A stretch of DNA of 64,000 nt, taken from assembly GCA_965279035.1 (NCBI GenBank), contig OZ257142.1, positions 1,456,580 through 1,520,579 of the forward strand. Direction: 5' to 3'. Within the stretch, counting starts at the first letter, position 1. Every line of letters starts with the position of its first letter. Source of the stretch: Bacteroidia bacterium. GTDB lineage: Bacteria; Bacteroidota; Bacteroidia; M30B66. This document shows positions 61,087 through 64,000 of this stretch, in pieces. Both the position numbers and the translations under genes were made by a program. The notes below the pieces were generated by a model that was not told the DNA's origin, made no database searches, and saw only the letters and a program-made list of their open reading frames with translations.

Positions 61087-62819
61087 TCATTCAAAATAAA
61101 CTTGAAATATTCTGCTAATTATCCCTTGATTTTCGGTCTGTAATTCTATTATATATAATCCGTTTTTCAATTGAGGGATTTCAATTGAAAAGGATGAATC
61201 TTTGTTTAATAAATTGGAAGAAATTAATTTCCCATCAATCGAATAAATCATCCATTTCAGAATTTTGATTGATTGATCTAATTCTATTTTCAGTTGATTT
61301 TGTGCTGGTTGAGGAAATAGTTTGAAATCATTTTTAGGATGATTAACTGTGTTTGTCATAAGTGGAAATTTCTCTCTAGTTGCTAAAGGAACATAGGAAA
61401 TATTCTCTTTTAAAATTAAATACAATGGAATGTTAAAACCTCGATCACCAAGTGTATTAAAAACGCCACTATTCCAGATGGCCCAAGCAGCATCAAACCA
61501 ATTACTATGTGTTTCATTTTCATAACGAGCAATTTTCCAACACGCTAGTAAAATAGAATGAGGTGTATCAACCCAGCCGGTTTGGTTTGTTGACATTACT
61601 CCACGTTGAAGTATTTCATTTGCCAGATTATCGGTGACTAACACTGCATAGGGCTTATATTGAGCAGCTAAAGCTATATCACCACGGTCGCGAAAAGCCA
61701 CGTATGCTTCGGTCAATGCCCAAGCAATCATACTTTGATACCAAGGTTGAGCATTGTGTGCATCCCAATTTCGACCTGCCACTTGTGCTGATGGATATAA
61801 ACTAGAAAATGCAATAGAGCTAGTCATGTTATCTACCAAACCATTGGTATCCCAATCGGTTAAAATGCCTGGACAGAGATTTCGATCGAGCCGGTCAATC
61901 AATGCGGCTTTAAAATCGGCTCTTCCAGTCCATGCATAGAGTTGTGATAATGCCCAAACGAGTTTAGCTGAGTAATTATGATTGGTTACTAATGGATGTT
62001 GAATGCACCATTCAGCGCCAAGAACAGCTGCATCACGGTAACGTTGTTTAATGATTGGATCTGTTTGTTGAATGGCGTTTTCAACTAAAAAAGCGATAGC
62101 CCAACCTTGATCGTAACCTGCTCCACCAATATCACCCAGGATAGTTCCATTTTGGATGATATGATCATTAACGGCGAACTGTTTTCACTGTAGATTCCAG
62201 CAGTATATGTGATACAATAGGATGGAACTGAATCACAGAAAATAGAAACGCCATTACCAACAATACCACTGAGTTGACAAGGATCGCCGCTTAATCCGTT
62301 ATAATATCCAAACATTCCGGCGTAGGTAGCTAATGGTTCGGGGGCATGTTGAGCAGAATATTGCTGTGCTTCGAGCATATTGCCCATTTGTTCTAATGAA
62401 GATATATTGCTGTAATATCCTGCCAACCGCGCGTATAAAGCTGCTAATCCATAACGGGGCATGCCTCGTGCTGGTTCGGGACAGGCAATGGTATATGCTT
62501 CTAATGTTGGGCGGTATCCAGTATTCCACACATTGGCAATACTGCTTAGAGAAGGTTCAGTTGTATTTGGAGTAGTAAATGGACCGTATTCAATTTGAGG
62601 ACAGCCTAAGGAGATTCCACGCGTTTCTTTTGCTTGTCGAATGGCAGATTCTACATCACTAACAGTACCATTCAACATTTGTTGTTGGATGTTTGCTCGA
62701 TCTGAATTGCTACCATAATCGTTGCCACAAGGTGCTATTACTTGAGCAATGGTGGGAGTTGTTAAGTATATAAGTAGGAATAGGATACTGTTTTTCACGT
62801 TATTATTTTGATAGCACAA
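61087..62819 (-). pseudogene. T9SS-sorted secreted helical-barrel (glycoside-hydrolase-like?) protein, disrupted by a frameshift near 62160-62200
   Basis: The ORF 62085..62819 derails after ..YCITYTAGIY. A second frame reads QFAVNDHIIQNGTILGDIGGAGYDQGWAIAFLVENAI...ALIDRLDRNLCPG and runs continuously into ORF 61087..61902, which ends in a T9SS sorting domain (FKLFPQPAQNQLKIEL...GLYIIEL). Confidence 0.65.
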
Positions 62820-63039
62820 TTTAATGAAATTTTGAAAAGCGTTTTTTTAGAATGTAAAAATGAAAGAAGATTACACTTCTATTGATTTGTGATTTAGAAA
62901 GAATTTTATAAAAATATATGATTTAAGTGTAAGAAATAAAATACTGATAAAGTATACTTTGTGTGCTATTAAATTTTAATACAGATTAATTCATAAAAGC
63001 CTCTAATTAAAGGAGATTGTGAATTATAATTATTTATTT

Positions 63040-64000
63040 ATGGTTAAATACACGAAAAGGATTTGGAAAATCTTTCGGATAATTATTATTACAATTGGGT
63101 TAACACTATTTTTTACTATTCTATTTATTTCTCCTATTGCAAAGTTTCTAATTGAGAAATATGATGTAGAAATTATTGGAAGACAAATCACTTTGGATTG
63201 GGTAATTGTGAATCCTTTTTCTGGTTCAATTCAGTTGAATGGTTTAAGTGTATTTGAAAATAAAAGCGATGAATTGTTTTTATCGGCTGATGAGCTTTTG
63301 GTTGATTTTAGTTTAGTGAAGCTAATTCATGGAGAATACGAAATAACTGAATTAAACATAAATCAATTAATTGGGAATGTTATAAAGAATGATTCACTCT
63401 TTAATTTTGATGATATTATTGATAGATTTAAGACAGATACGATAGAATCTAAAGCCAAAGAGCCAATTCATTTTAGTATATTAAATATTCAGATTAAAAA
63501 AAGTCAACTCATTTATCGTGATTTATTAACCCCAGTTCATTATTCTATTAAAGAACTTTCGATGGAATCTCCTGGATTTCATTGGAATGAACAAACGATA
63601 CAATCGACATTTTCATTTATTTCAGGTGAAAGCAAAGGAAATATGAATGGTGCGTTTACAATTAATTATGATAAACTAGATTATTTATTAGATATTAAAA
63701 TTGAAGATTTTGATTTATTAATTTTAGAACAGTATTTAAGTGCTTTAACGAATTATGGAAATTATTCTGCCATGCTTGAAGCCAATCTCAGGGTAACTGG
63801 TAATTTTAAAATGGCTGAGAATGTTAGTTTTATTGGTGATATTGCATTAAATGATTTTCATTTTGGAAAGGATATTCAAAATGATTATGCTTCATTTAAG
63901 AAACTTTCATTATCGATTGATGAATTGAGCCCCTTAAAGAAAGTGTATCTTTTTGATTCAGTCATACTCGATACTCCCTACTTCAAGTTCGAACGTTATG
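63040..64000 (+). CDS. DUF748/AsmA-like membrane-anchored protein, N-terminal part (continues past the window end)
   Basis: Absent from the ORF track because it runs off the edge. My translation from the ATG at 63040 reads MVKYTKRIWKIFRIIIITIGLTLFFTILFISPIAKFLIEKYDVEIIGRQITLDWVIVNPFSGSIQLNGLSVFE...LVDFSLVKLIHGEYEITELNI and stays open to 64000. Confidence 0.6.
   Translation, partial: MVKYTKRIWKIFRIIIITIGLTLFFTILFISPIAKFLIEKYDVEIIGRQITLDWVIVNPFSGSIQLNGLSVFENKSDELFLSADELLVDFSLVKLIHGEYEITELNINQLIGNVIKNDSLFNFDDIIDRFKTDTIESKAKEPIHFSILNIQIKKSQLIYRDLLTPVHYSIKELSMESPGFHWNEQTIQSTFSFISGESKGNMNGAFTINYDKLDYLLDIKIEDFDLLILEQYLSALTNYGNYSAMLEANLRVTGNFKMAENVSFIGDIALNDFHFGKDIQNDYASFKKLSLSIDELSPLKKVYLFDSVILDTPYFKFERY

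Noticed and set aside
1-64000. Looked for CRISPR arrays, transposases/integrases, prophage genes, rRNA/tRNA genes and toxin-antitoxin or defence-type nuclease/helicase genes
   Set aside because: None recognised. The only short-period repeats are coding (the adhesin), and the only dispersed repeat is the GC-rich intergenic element reported above.

Overview
AT-rich chromosomal segment that looks like Bacteroidota (Flavobacteriia/Cytophagia-like). The clues are at least five proteins ending in T9SS type-A sorting domains, GldJ/FGE-like and DUF4142/DUF2490-type families, and a hybrid histidine kinase. All calls come from reading the supplied translations and the DNA; no searches were run.

Gene content, left to right:
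- GT4 glycosyltransferase (partial) plus GH130.
- A phosphorelay cluster: two receiver proteins, a PAS-HK-REC-Hpt hybrid kinase and an AraC regulator.
- A TolB-propeller/amidohydrolase.
- A four-gene putative inorganic-carbon uptake operon (SulP, porin, DabA, DabB).
- A U32 Fe-S enzyme translationally coupled to a ferredoxin.
- Several peptidases.
- Two T9SS cargo proteins, one with a PHM/DBH-like copper-monooxygenase histidine pattern.
- An MFS pump.
- A VTC/DUF4956/DUF2490 cluster.
- A GT39-like membrane glycosyltransferase.
- A VOC/Rieske/FGE-like group.
- A 3021-aa T9SS adhesin-like protein holding five near-identical 864-bp tandem repeats.
- DUF4139.
- A TetR-controlled efflux locus whose inner-membrane component is an ABC transmembrane domain fused to a HlyD adaptor, with no ATPase.
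- LysR and icd.
- Two disrupted genes.
- A partial DUF748 protein.

No rRNA, tRNA, CRISPR array, transposase or integrase was recognised.

The least explained signal is a family of GC-rich, hairpin-dense elements of about 130-140 nt. Three copies sit in two long intergenic regions (36.8-37.3 kb and 51.1-51.2 kb) and bracket the adhesin/T9SS block. Other candidates for a second look are the ATPase-less ABC-TMD::HlyD/TolC exporter, the secreted PHM-like enzyme with an N-terminal cytochrome-c-like module, and the envelope-spanning DAB/SulP/porin locus.
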